The notes beneath the pieces are model-generated. The model saw only the letters and a list, made by a program, of their open reading frames with translations, ran no database searches and was not told the DNA's origin. From an uncultured delta proteobacterium (GTDB taxonomy: Bacteria; Myxococcota_A; Polyangia; Polyangiales; Polyangiaceae), in contig CAWKKR010000004.1 in NCBI GenBank assembly GCA_963850305.1, positions 288,001 to 352,000 of the forward strand: a DNA stretch of 64,000 bases. Direction: 5' to 3'. Of the stretch, positions 21,522 through 30,987 are shown piece by piece. Numbering within the stretch: position 1 is the first letter of the stretch; every line of letters begins with the position of its first letter. Both the position numbers and the translations under genes were made by a program.

Positions 21522-22271
21522 TCACGGCGGCCCCTCGCCGAGCAAGATGGCCGGCACGTCGGATCCCGGCGCCGGCTCCTCGTCGGGCCACTCGAAAACG
21601 GCGGCGTCGAAGAGCCGCTCTCCATTCGCCCAGCGCTCGGCGGCGTCTTCGTGCTCGAGAGCGACTTCCAGCGCCAGGGATAGCTCGAAGCAGCGAAGGT
21701 CGAGTCTCGCCGCGCCGAGCGCGCGCCGCTGCCCGAGAATCATGGCTTCGGATGCGTTCATCACGGCCGGGTATCGGCGGATCCCCCTCGACTCGCTCGG
21801 GCGCAAGCTCGCTGTTTCGCAGTCCGTCACATCGAGCGAATGATGCGCGCGGCAGCGCATCGGGCGCGCGTCGTGCACTGCGCATCGGTCCGAGTCCTCG
21901 TCCAGCATCGGGCAAGGGGTGCGCGCGCGGCGGCGTTCGTCGAGCGTCATCGATCGGATCGCTGCGGAGTGACGCTTGACCCGCTCGAGAATCACGGCGA
22001 CGTGCTCCCTCGGCATCGTCTCGCGAAAACCGCGGGCTATCGTCAGCGTCTCCGGCGCGGTCACGTCCACCCGAACCCCACGACAGCAAGACGCGCAGCC
22101 GGGCTTGCACGCGATGGACTGGAACAATGGAAGGAACGTCCGGTCCGCCCGCCGTCCCGCTCCGACCGAAAGCTTCACCGCCGTGTTGCGATCGCGCGCC
22201 TCGGAAAGGACAGCCCGTGCGCTCGCCGTCTCGGTCGCGAAGAGCTCACGGATCACTTCTTCGACCGACAT
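21522..22271 (-). CDS. YkgJ/CxxCxxCC-type cysteine cluster protein
   Basis: ACKPGCASCC and CPML...CAVHDARPMRCR motifs. Confidence 0.8.
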   Translation of the reverse strand: MSVEEVIRELFATETASARAVLSEARDRNTAVKLSVGAGRRADRTFLPLFQSIACKPGCASCCRGVRVDVTAPETLTIARGFRETMPREHVAVILERVKRHSAAIRSMTLDERRRARTPCPMLDEDSDRCAVHDARPMRCRAHHSLDVTDCETASLRPSESRGIRRYPAVMNASEAMILGQRRALGAARLDLRCFELSLALEVALEHEDAAERWANGERLFDAAVFEWPDEEPAPGSDVPAILLGEGPP

Positions 22272-22473
22272 GCCGAGCTGCCACTTTAACGCTGAAGTAG
22301 CACCTCATGAAAGGGTCACCACGTACCGGGCAGGCTTGCCGCCACGCTGTTTCGAGTCGATGAGCGCGCCGTTCACGCCGCTCGGCGCATGTTCGGTTTT
22401 TGCACACGTCGCGACGCGGTCAGAACCGCAATTCCGGTCGCAATCGTGTGTGTGTCCGGGCAATCTCCGCCGC

Positions 22474-23398
22474 ATGTGGTGGAAGAGCCTGGGGCTGTCG
22501 TGTGCGCTTGGTGTGTTCGTCGGATGCGGCGCGGACCCCGGCACGGAGGGCAATGAGTTGCCGGCAGTCAGTGAGGTCACGAGTGCGGCAACGGGCTGTC
22601 AAAGCTTCGTCGGGACGATCAGCGATCAGGTGGCCGCGGGTCGCGCGTTCGAGCAGGACACGCAGTTCCTCATCTGGACGCTGCCGGCTTATTACGCCAC
22701 CGGAGGCACCGAGCTCATCGGGTCTTCGCCGACCCAAACCGTGACGCTCTATCCGAAGACCGGTGGTGGCTTCACGGCGAACGCGTCGCTCTGCGAAGCG
22801 TCCGTGTGCGGCGATGGCATTCTCCAGTCTCCCGCGGAAGCCTGCGACGGCACGGCGTTTCCCTCTGGCTCGGCACCCGCCGGCGGCACCCCGGCCTGCT
22901 CCCAGTATTCGGATCAGTACGTCGCGGGTAACGTCAGTTGCACCGCCGACTGCAAGGTCGACTTTTCCGCCTGCCGGAAGAGCGTCTGCGGCGACGGCAA
23001 GGCCGAGGGCACGGAGCAGTGCGACGGCAGCGATTCTCGGAGGATTTCAGACCTGCCAGGACAACGTCGCCGCGGGTGCCTTCACGGGCGGCCAGCTCAA
23101 GTGCAAGAGCGACTGCACCTACGACGTCTCGAGTTGCATCACGGCCTGCGGAAACGGCAAGCTCGACCCTGGCGAAGACTGCGACGGGCCACTCCTCGGC
23201 CCGACGTATGCCGGGAAGACCTGCGCGAGCTTCACGAACCCATCGCCGGTCTTTCCGTTCTCGAACACGGTGCCCTACGCGGCAGGGCCGCTCCCTTGCG
23301 ACAACCAGTGCAAGGTGAACACGAACCTCTGCGCGTATGCACCCGGTTGCTACTACGTGTACACGGCGCAAAAGACGCTCGGCATCCAGTGTCACTGA
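22474..23398 (+). CDS. Cys-rich repeat lipoprotein; +1 frameshift at 23032-23036
   Basis: MWWKSLGLSCALGVFVGC lipobox; CGDG/CGNG...ExCDG repeats. Removing one T from GATTC gives CDGSDLGGFQTC and a 307-aa ORF. Confidence 0.8.
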
Positions 23399-23416
23399 GC
23401 CGGCGTCGCACCTCGC

Positions 23417-23502
23417 GTGAGGCGCGGAAGCGTGCGGATGCACGCTGAGCACCGAGAGCACCGAGGTGGCCCCACGCTCGAAGCAATCGGCCCTCGGTGT
23501 CA
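23417..23502. repeat. Dispersed copy of the stop-codon-anchored element
   Basis: 72/86 identical without gaps to 26510-26595 (manual alignment); ends in TCA, the stop codon of the adjacent minus-strand gene. Confidence 0.85.
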
Positions 23503-24525
23503 GGCGTCGGCGCCGGCTACTTGTCCGCGCGCCGTGCGAATCGTGTGCTGAGCGTGCACCGACAGCGCATCCTCTGGAGGCTGGAACACCTGGCGGAAGG
23601 CCCGGAGCGCCGCGCGAGCTTGCGCGGGCACGTCGCCGCGCGTTTCTTCCGTCGGGAAGACGAACTCGACGATCGCGGAGATGGTCTGGAAGATCGGATT
23701 CCGCTCGTTGTCGACGTCGACGCCGAGCGCAGAGAGCGCGGTGCGCAGAGCCAATGCTTGCTTCGCCTTCGTGCGCTCGATGATGCCGCGCGGTTCGATA
23801 CCGAGCGACCGGAACTCGCGCTCGAGCACCTTGTTTTCCCAGAGCGCGAAGCCGACGAGCTCGGCCTGGAACAAGAAGAGCCGCCAGATGCGCGCGACGG
23901 TCATCTTCTTCATCAGCTCGGGCAGATACTGCATGCCGAGCCCCACGTGGCGCGCTTCGTCGCGCTCGTAATAGGCCATCAGCTCGGCGAGGACGGGCTC
24001 GAAGCGCTTCTCGCGGACCTCCTGGAAGATCGCGAGCGCGATCGTCTCGATCATGAGCTGCATGCCGAGCAACTTCGACGCGAGATCGTCGGTGTCGAGC
24101 ACGAGGCGCAGGAGCGCTTCCGGCGCGGGATCGAGCCGCTCGGGGAGATAGTCGAGCTCCGACAGGTAATCGTACATCGTGTAGAAGTGCCGCGCCTCGT
24201 CGTGTGCCTGGCTCGTCGCGGCCATCTTGGCCTCGAGCGGCTCGAGCCGGTCCGCGAGCTGCGCGGAGATCTTCCACGCGGCTAGCTCGCCCCAGAGAAT
24301 GATGGCGAAGATCCGCTTCAGGGGTTCGCGCCGCGCCGGATCGACGTGGATCCCGCCATGCTTCTCGATCAGCATGGCGAGGATCTCCTTGCCGTCCCAC
24401 GCGAGCTCTTGCCCCTTGTGATAGATGCGCTCGCACTTCGCGTAGCGCCTGGCCTCCTCCGACGAGCGGGCGAGAGCGAACATGTCGTAGGGAAGCGGAG
24501 CCGGCGAACGGGGCAGAAGTCGCAT
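23500..24525 (-). CDS. Ferritin-like diiron-carboxylate protein
   Basis: WGE, HDEARH, IET, RDEARH: paired ExxH diiron ligand pattern. Confidence 0.8.
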   Translation of the reverse strand: MRLLPRSPAPLPYDMFALARSSEEARRYAKCERIYHKGQELAWDGKEILAMLIEKHGGIHVDPARREPLKRIFAIILWGELAAWKISAQLADRLEPLEAKMAATSQAHDEARHFYTMYDYLSELDYLPERLDPAPEALLRLVLDTDDLASKLLGMQLMIETIALAIFQEVREKRFEPVLAELMAYYERDEARHVGLGMQYLPELMKKMTVARIWRLFLFQAELVGFALWENKVLEREFRSLGIEPRGIIERTKAKQALALRTALSALGVDVDNERNPIFQTISAIVEFVFPTEETRGDVPAQARAALRAFRQVFQPPEDALSVHAQHTIRTARGQVAGADA

Positions 24526-24576
24526 GTCCGTTTCAGGATAGCACCCGGTAGCGCCCCTGCCCCGCTCCCTCGCGCC

Positions 24577-25635
24577 TCAGAATTTGCGATCGATGCGGAA
24601 CGCGCCGACACCGGGAAGAGTCGTCACGAAATTCGCGCCGAATGCCCTGGACGGCGTGGTCGCACCGGGAGCGACGTCTCCACGGAGCACACGCTCGGCG
24701 GCGGCGAGCGCGGCGACGACGGTGAGCTCGTACCCTTCGGGAACGTCGAGGTGGCCCTCCACGACTTTGCCGGCGGCGTTCGTGACCTTGCCCCAGATGG
24801 ACATCCGGAACGTCTTTCTTTCTTCCTCGGTCGGACCGTGCGCGACTTTCTCAACCCGGGCCTTGAGAAAATCGACGACGGTCTTCGACCGGAGGAGCGG
24901 CGCCGCGAAGCGCAGGAGCTCCGCGGACCGCGCGACGTTCCTGGGCACCACCGTGTACACGGTGATGTTCGGAATGCCCGTCGAGTGGAACGCGGTTACG
25001 AGATCGCCCCACGGAATGGACATGCCGAACTTCGGGCCGCTCGCGAACGGGATCTCGCGCGTGCGTGGCGACGAGAGCGCGACGAGCACACCGTTTTCGC
25101 GAACCTTGAAGCCGATGTGAAGGCCCTCGACGGTGGTCTTCGCCGTTCCGGGGCTCGGCTGCATTCCGCCCGAGAACGCGAGCTCCAGGTGGTCCGCGTC
25201 CGGTAGCTCGGCGTGAAGCGTCGCTGCCATGCAGTCCGTCGGCACCACGTCGAAGCCGACCGCCGGCATCAGGACGACCTTTCGTTCGCGTGCCTCCGCG
25301 TCGCGCCCGAGGACCGCCTCGAGCACCGCATACTCGCCGGTGATGTCGAGGTAGTGCGCGCCCGCGCGGAGGCACGCGTCGACCATGGGCTTGCTCGTCG
25401 CGGAATACGGTCCGGCGCAGTGCAGAACGGTGGATACGCCTTCGAGACCCGCGCCGATCGCGGCGGGTGACCCGAGATCGAACGCGCGCGAGGAGAAACC
25501 GAGGCGCTGCGCGAGCGTCTCCACGGCATCACGACTTCGTCCCGCGAGGATCGGCGACAGGCCGCGCTCTTTCGCACGCTTGGCGATGAGCTTGCCGGTG
25601 AAACCGTTCGCCCCATAAATGAGCAGCGCGCTCAT
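24577..25635 (-). CDS. Saccharopine dehydrogenase-like / trans-acting enoyl reductase family oxidoreductase
   Basis: IYGANGFTG, HCAGPY, HYLDITGE, GFDVVPTD; ATGA-coupled to the upstream gene. Confidence 0.85.
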   Translation of the reverse strand: MSALLIYGANGFTGKLIAKRAKERGLSPILAGRSRDAVETLAQRLGFSSRAFDLGSPAAIGAGLEGVSTVLHCAGPYSATSKPMVDACLRAGAHYLDITGEYAVLEAVLGRDAEARERKVVLMPAVGFDVVPTDCMAATLHAELPDADHLELAFSGGMQPSPGTAKTTVEGLHIGFKVRENGVLVALSSPRTREIPFASGPKFGMSIPWGDLVTAFHSTGIPNITVYTVVPRNVARSAELLRFAAPLLRSKTVVDFLKARVEKVAHGPTEEERKTFRMSIWGKVTNAAGKVVEGHLDVPEGYELTVVAALAAAERVLRGDVAPGATTPSRAFGANFVTTLPGVGAFRIDRKF

Positions 25636-26087
25636 GCCACGACCGCGCCCACGCCGGATTCGGCGCGGCCCTTGATGGCGCGATTCATGACGCCGTAAGC
25701 GTGCTCGAGGTCGGGGCGAACCTTCCCCCACACGAGAGGGAGCGAGACGCCGCCGAAGCGCTCGCCGTGAATCAGCCGACTCTTCCCGGCACCCGCAGGT
25801 TCGACGCGCAAGAAGTGCTCGCCCCGGAACACCTGCGCGAGAACCCACGACGTCGGGCCGTGCCAGCGCAGCTCACGCCCCGGGTCGACCTTCAGCATTC
25901 GCGCGTTGATCTTCAGCTCTCGCCCGCCGACGGCGACGATGAACGACACGGGGCTCCCTTCGGACAGCGTGGCGCGCATTCGCGTGATGATCGGATTCCA
26001 CTCGTCATACTCGCGGAACGCCGTGATGACGTCCCACACGCGCCCTTCCGGCGCGCCGATCTCGGTCGATAATTCGATTTCGTACAT
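25632..26087 (-). CDS. SRPBCC/START-like domain protein
   Basis: EIGAPEGRVWDVIT.F..Y.EWNP, ELRW.G, GEH. Confidence 0.85.
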   Translation of the reverse strand: MYEIELSTEIGAPEGRVWDVITAFREYDEWNPIITRMRATLSEGSPVSFIVAVGGRELKINARMLKVDPGRELRWHGPTSWVLAQVFRGEHFLRVEPAGAGKSRLIHGERFGGVSLPLVWGKVRPDLEHAYGVMNRAIKGRAESGVGAVVA

Positions 26088-26186
26088 CCTGGGCCCCTCG
26101 GAACGGGCCCTGTGTAACACAGGTCAACGCCGAGCGTCGTTGCCGGCTTCTCAAAGGGAAATCACAGCAAGAAAAAGAAGGCCAGA

Positions 26187-26595
26187 AGCACCCAGATGGG
26201 CCCGTGCTCGAACCCCTCAATGACACGTCGGGGCCCGATTGCGAAGACCGCGGGTCCAGCTGGGTGGGTGAGGCGCGCAAGCGTGCACCTGCACGCTGAG
26301 CACCGAGAGCACCCAGATGGGCCCGTGCTCGAACCCCTCAATGACACGTCGGGGCCCGATTGCGAAGACCGCGGGTCCAGCTGGGTGGGTGAGGCGCGCA
26401 AGCGTGCACCTGCACGCTGAGCACCGAGAGCACCCAGATGGGCCCGTGCTCGAACCCCTCAATGACACGTCGGGGCCCGATTGCGAAGACCGCGGGTCCA
26501 GCTGGGTGGGTGAGGCGCGCAAGCGTGCACCTGCACGCTGAGCACCGAGAGCACCCAGATGGGCCCGTGCTCGAAGCAAGCGGGCCCCGACGTCA
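26187..26595. repeat. Perfect 121-bp tandem array (3.2 copies, 26187-26575) plus inverted terminal arm to 26595
   Basis: Units start at 26187, 26308, 26429, 26550 and are identical; internal palindrome agcgtgca-cc-tgcacgct. Confidence 0.95.
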
Positions 26596-27826
26596 GTTCA
26601 GGCCGAGGACGAAGCTTACGCTGGTCGTTCCGCTGCCACCGATGTTCAGCGTCTGAAAGTTCTTCGCGCCTTCCACCTGATAGTCGCCCGCGGTGCCCGT
26701 CACTTGCTTGTAGGAGTCGAGCAGTTGCCTCACTCCCGTCGCGCCGACGGGGTGGCCCGCTCCGATGAGCCCGCCGCTCGGGTTGATGGGGTGCTTGCCG
26801 CCAATCTCGAGCCAGCCTTCCTCGACTGCCTTCCAGCTCTCGCCCGGCTTCGTGATGCCGAAGTGGTCGATGGCCATGTACTCGCTCGTCGTGAAGCAAT
26901 CGTGCGTCTCGATGCCGTCGACGGCGTCGACGTTCGCCATGCCGGCGCGCCGCCAGCGCGTCCGTGATCGTGCTGCGCACGTGCGGGAGCACGTATTCGG
27001 CGCCGGCGCTCTCCGCGACCTTGTCCACGAAGCGCAGGCGCGAGGTGTGGTGCCCCCAGCCCTTGATGCGCGGAATGGACTCGAGCGGGACGCCGCGCGC
27101 CTTCGCGTACTTCTCGGCGTACTTCTGGCTCGCGAGGAACACGGTGGCCGTGCCATCCGTGACTTGCGAGCAATCCGCGATGCGCACGCGCCCGCCGACC
27201 GCGGCGTTGAAGTCGTCGCGCGAACACGCGTGCGCCTTGTTCATGTACCAGGTGCGCGTCTGCGCGAGCGGGTTCAGCTTCGCGTTCGCGTAGTTCAAGG
27301 CGGAGATGCCGGCGAGGTGTTCGTCCTTCAGACCGTAGCGCTTGTCATACTCGTCTCCGAGCTTGCCGAAGAGCTTGGGGAACGGGAACTCGACGCCCTT
27401 GGCCTCTTGCTCGTACCACGCGGCGGTGCCGAGATAGTCCCCGCCCTCGGACGCCGGCACGGTCTTCATCTGTTCGATCCCGACGACGCAGGACAGGTCG
27501 TACCAGCCCGCCTCGATCTCCGCGAGCGCGGCCAGGAGCGCGATGCTCCCCGACGCACACGCAGCCTCGTGACGCGCGGTCGGCACACCGCTGAATGCCG
27601 GATTGGTCTCGACGAAGAACGCGCCGAGGTGGCCCTGTTTGCAATAAAGCTCCGCGGCGAAGTTGCCGACGTGACCGATCTGCACGTCCTTCGGGTCGAT
27701 GCTCGTCGCCTCGAGCGCGCCGCCCACGCCTTCGCGCATCAGCGCGGCGAAGTGCTTCTTTTCCTTCGTCCAGTTGCGGGCGAAATCCGTCTGGTAACCA
27801 CCGAGAACGTAAACTGCTGGTGCCAT
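26593..27826 (-). CDS. Thiolase (SCP2-thiolase-like, HDCF type); +1 frameshift near 26953
   Basis: [19 protein letters not shown]; two overlapping ORFs join to 410 aa after deleting one base. Confidence 0.88.
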
Positions 27827-27869
27827 GCGGGGTCTCCTCGAATCGATCGGGTGAAACGGTAAGGGACGC

Positions 27870-29216
27870 TCAGCCTGCGACGAAATAACGTCCGACGTGC
27901 GGGTTCGCGTAGAAGCGCGCCGGCGCGCTGCTCTTCACGGCGTCGGCGAGAAGCTTGGGAACGGGCAGCTTGGCCTTCTCGATCATCGCGACGGTTTCCT
28001 TCACGCCGATCGTGTCGACGAGCACGCTCGGAGGCGCCCAGTTGAAGCCGAAGCCCATGATGTCGTCGATGCCGGTGATAGTGTCCGTCACCTCACCCAC
28101 GCGGTGGAACGCGTAGCTGATGTAGCCGGCAACCACCTTCTTCGCGAGGGCGGCATACTCTCCTGGCGCGTCCACGAAGACCTTCATCGCTTCCTTGTAA
28201 CGGCCGTCGTGGTGGAGCCTCGCGACTTCCTTGATGTAGCCGAGGTCGGGGACCTTCACTTCGGCCTCGGGCCCGTACGCGCCGCTCTTCGGGTCGAGGA
28301 CGAGCTTGACCTTGTTCTCGACCTTGAAAAAGCCGCCGCCGCTCTTGTTACCGAGCGTGCCCTTCTCGATGAGCTGCGCCATGTAGCCGGGCAGCTTGAG
28401 CGTCGCGTGCACTTCGTCGGGCGCGTTCTTGTGGATGTTGTCGACGATCGCGCGGTGGATGTCCCATCCGACGAGATCGATCGTCGCGAGCGGCGTCAGG
28501 GCGCGACCCGTGTACGGTCCGATGAGGCGATCGACGAGCAGGGGGCCGTGCTCCTCGGCGAGCTGCGCCGCCTCGTTCAGGACCTTGAAGCCGACGCGGT
28601 TGCCTGCGAAGCCCGCCGTGTCCGCGGTGCGAATCATCACGCGCCCGAGCTTCTTCGTCGAATAGACGTCGATGAAGTCGACGAGCGTGGGGTCGGTGTC
28701 CTTGCCCGCGATGAGCTCGGTTCCGACGATCACGTTCGGCGGGTTGAAGAAATGCAATCCGAGGAAGTGCTTCCGGAAAGCTTCGCTGCGGCCCTCGGCG
28801 AGCGCATTGATCGACAGGCCGCTCGTGACGGTGGCGACGATCGAGTCCGCGCCCCGGGCCCTGTCGATCCGCTCGAACAGCCGGCGCTTGACGTCGAAAT
28901 CTTCCGTGACGGCCTCGAAGACGAGATCCGCCTTGCCGACCGCCGCGTCGAAGTCCTTGTCGTAGTCTCCAGTCTCGACCCGATTTCCGACCGTCGACGA
29001 CCGCACCGCGTTGATCGCAGCCTTGAGCCCCTGCTCTGCCTTTTCCTTCGTTCGAGCGAGGAAGGTCACCTTCGGCACGACGGTCGTGAAAAGTGCGCCG
29101 CTGCCGTACCCCATTGCGCCGTTCGCGCCGAGAACGACGACGTGCTCGATGCGACGGCTGCCCAGCAGGTCGTTGATTTCTGATCTACTTCGCGACGTGA
29201 CGGTCTTCGCGGTCAT
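27870..29216 (-). CDS. 3-hydroxyacyl-CoA dehydrogenase family protein
   Basis: VLGANGAMG, EAVTED, GLHFFNPP, GFAGNR; GAAGGAG RBS upstream of ATG 29216. Confidence 0.88.
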   Translation of the reverse strand: MTAKTVTSRSRSEINDLLGSRRIEHVVVLGANGAMGYGSGALFTTVVPKVTFLARTKEKAEQGLKAAINAVRSSTVGNRVETGDYDKDFDAAVGKADLVFEAVTEDFDVKRRLFERIDRARGADSIVATVTSGLSINALAEGRSEAFRKHFLGLHFFNPPNVIVGTELIAGKDTDPTLVDFIDVYSTKKLGRVMIRTADTAGFAGNRVGFKVLNEAAQLAEEHGPLLVDRLIGPYTGRALTPLATIDLVGWDIHRAIVDNIHKNAPDEVHATLKLPGYMAQLIEKGTLGNKSGGGFFKVENKVKLVLDPKSGAYGPEAEVKVPDLGYIKEVARLHHDGRYKEAMKVFVDAPGEYAALAKKVVAGYISYAFHRVGEVTDTITGIDDIMGFGFNWAPPSVLVDTIGVKETVAMIEKAKLPVPKLLADAVKSSAPARFYANPHVGRYFVAG

Positions 29217-29351
29217 GAACGGGGCTCCTTCGAACGTCGCCGCCGAGGAATCGGTCGGCGCGTTTACATCTTTACAAACGGACCTCGCAGTAGAAGCCTT
29301 GGCGAGAGGCGCCATGGCGTCAATAGCTTAGCGATTTGTGCTGTGACTGCA

Positions 29352-29379
29352 CGTTGACTCCTGGATTTACAAGTCAACG
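29352..29379. promoter_or_regulatory. Candidate operator: inverted repeat cgttgact-N12-agtcaacg
   Basis: Perfect 8-bp inverted repeat in the AT-richer divergent intergenic region between the acyl-CoA genes and truD. Confidence 0.45.
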
Positions 29380-29455
29380 AAGGACGCCTCTCACCCCTTA
29401 GACGCGCCGTCGCGAACCGTCCGGGCGCCACCCGATCTCATCGATGCGATCCAAG

Positions 29456-30553
29456 ATGGAAGACACGACGCACTCACCATCCCTCCCGCCGATCACCTGT
29501 TCGGATCTGCGCGGAACCGACGGCAGAATTGGTCCGGCGCCCGAGGACTTTCAGGTCGACGAAGTGCCGCTCTACGCGCCGTCGGGGGAAGGCGAGCACC
29601 TCTATGTTCGTCTTCGAAAGCGGGGCATGACGACGCGTGACGCGACGCGCATCGTCGCCGACGCGGCGGGCGTACCGCCCTCCGAAATCGGCACGGCGGG
29701 CATGAAGGACAAGCACGCCCTGACGACCCAGTGGATCAGCTTGCCCGCTCGGCGCGCGAAACCGGTCGAGGCCTGGGTGTTGCCGGGTGAGCTCGGCGTC
29801 GTCGAGTCGGCGCGACACAAGAACAAGCTGCGCACGGGGCATCTCCTCGGCAACCACTTCAAGATCCGGCTCGTCGAAACCAGCGCGGACGCCCTCACCC
29901 TCGCGGAGCGGATCGTCGAAGCGCTCACCGAGCGCGGCTTGCCCAACTACTTCGGCGCGCAACGCTTCGGGCGCGACGGAGACAACGTCGCGGCCGCCCT
30001 CGCGTGGCTCGGCGGCGTCGACGAACGCGCGCGGAAACGCCTCGCGCCGTTCGAGCGGAAGCTGTTCGCGAGCGTCGTTCAGTCGGAGATCTTCAACCGC
30101 TACGTGACGGCGCGCATCGCCGAAGGACTCGTCCGGCCGCTCGAGGGAGAGGTGGTACGCCTCGATGGCAGCGGCGCCCAGTTCGTCGTCGAAGATCCTG
30201 AGCGGGAGCTCTCGCGATGGACCTCGCGCGATATCCATCCGACAGGCCCGATGATCGGCCCGAAGATGCGCCCCGCGCTCGGGAGAGCGCTCGAACTCGA
30301 AGAAGCTGCGATCCTCAGCCTGGGCCTCGACGACGTGGCGCGCGCCGCGCTCGCCCGCTTTGCGGACGGCACACGACGCGACCTTTTGCTGTGGCCCGCA
30401 CGTGCCACTGGTGACGGAGGCGGACTACGCGCCTTCCGCGACGGCACGACCGAAGACGCGCTCGTACTCGAGTTCTTCCTGCCGTCGGGGAGCTACGCGA
30501 CCGAGCTGGTGCGCGAATTCACGCGCGAGCCGTTCTTCCGGTATAGTGCGTGA
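29456..30553 (+). CDS. truD: tRNA pseudouridine(13) synthase
   Basis: PEDFQVDE, GEGEH, AGMKDKHALTTQW, GNHF, PNYFGAQRFG, F.LPSGSYAT; start 29444 or 29456. Confidence 0.95.
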   Translation: MEDTTHSPSLPPITCSDLRGTDGRIGPAPEDFQVDEVPLYAPSGEGEHLYVRLRKRGMTTRDATRIVADAAGVPPSEIGTAGMKDKHALTTQWISLPARRAKPVEAWVLPGELGVVESARHKNKLRTGHLLGNHFKIRLVETSADALTLAERIVEALTERGLPNYFGAQRFGRDGDNVAAALAWLGGVDERARKRLAPFERKLFASVVQSEIFNRYVTARIAEGLVRPLEGEVVRLDGSGAQFVVEDPERELSRWTSRDIHPTGPMIGPKMRPALGRALELEEAAILSLGLDDVARAALARFADGTRRDLLLWPARATGDGGGLRAFRDGTTEDALVLEFFLPSGSYATELVREFTREPFFRYSA

Positions 30554-30554
30554 C

Positions 30555-30980
30555 ATGCGGAACACCGATCCGGCGTTCGTGCGCGACCTGAACGACGAGA
30601 AGCTCGAGGCGCTCGTCGAGATGATGTTCCTCGCGGCCGCCGCCGACGGCGAGCTCTCCGACGCGGAACACCAGCAGTTCGTGACGAGCGCGAGCGAGCT
30701 GACGGCGCGGCAGCTCACCAGCGACCAGCTCGAGGCCCTCCTCGTTCGCGCAAAGAAGGATCTGGACGAATCGGGCCGAGACGCACGCCTCGCCGCCGTG
30801 AAGGCGCGCCTGCCCGACGCCAGCGCGCGGAGACTCGCGCTGTCCCTCGCGATCCAGATCACCGCCGCCGATGGCGTGGTCCGCACGAGCGAGCGGGAGC
30901 TCATCATGGACACCGCCGCGGCGCTCGATATCGACGGCGACACCGCCGCCGACATGGTCAGCGACCTCACGCGCCGCTGA
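30555..30980 (+). CDS. TerB-like (tellurite resistance family) protein
   Basis: AAAADGELSDAE and AADGVVRTSERE repeats. Confidence 0.8.
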   Translation: MRNTDPAFVRDLNDEKLEALVEMMFLAAAADGELSDAEHQQFVTSASELTARQLTSDQLEALLVRAKKDLDESGRDARLAAVKARLPDASARRLALSLAIQITAADGVVRTSERELIMDTAAALDIDGDTAADMVSDLTRR

Positions 30981-30987
30981 CGCGCGC

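Noticed and set aside
26187..26575. CRISPR array
   Set aside because: Units are identical end to end with no unique spacers; no cas genes in the window.
26196..26656. Three repeated 72-74 aa ORFs
   Set aside because: By-products of the 121-bp repeat; no RBS or protein-like composition.
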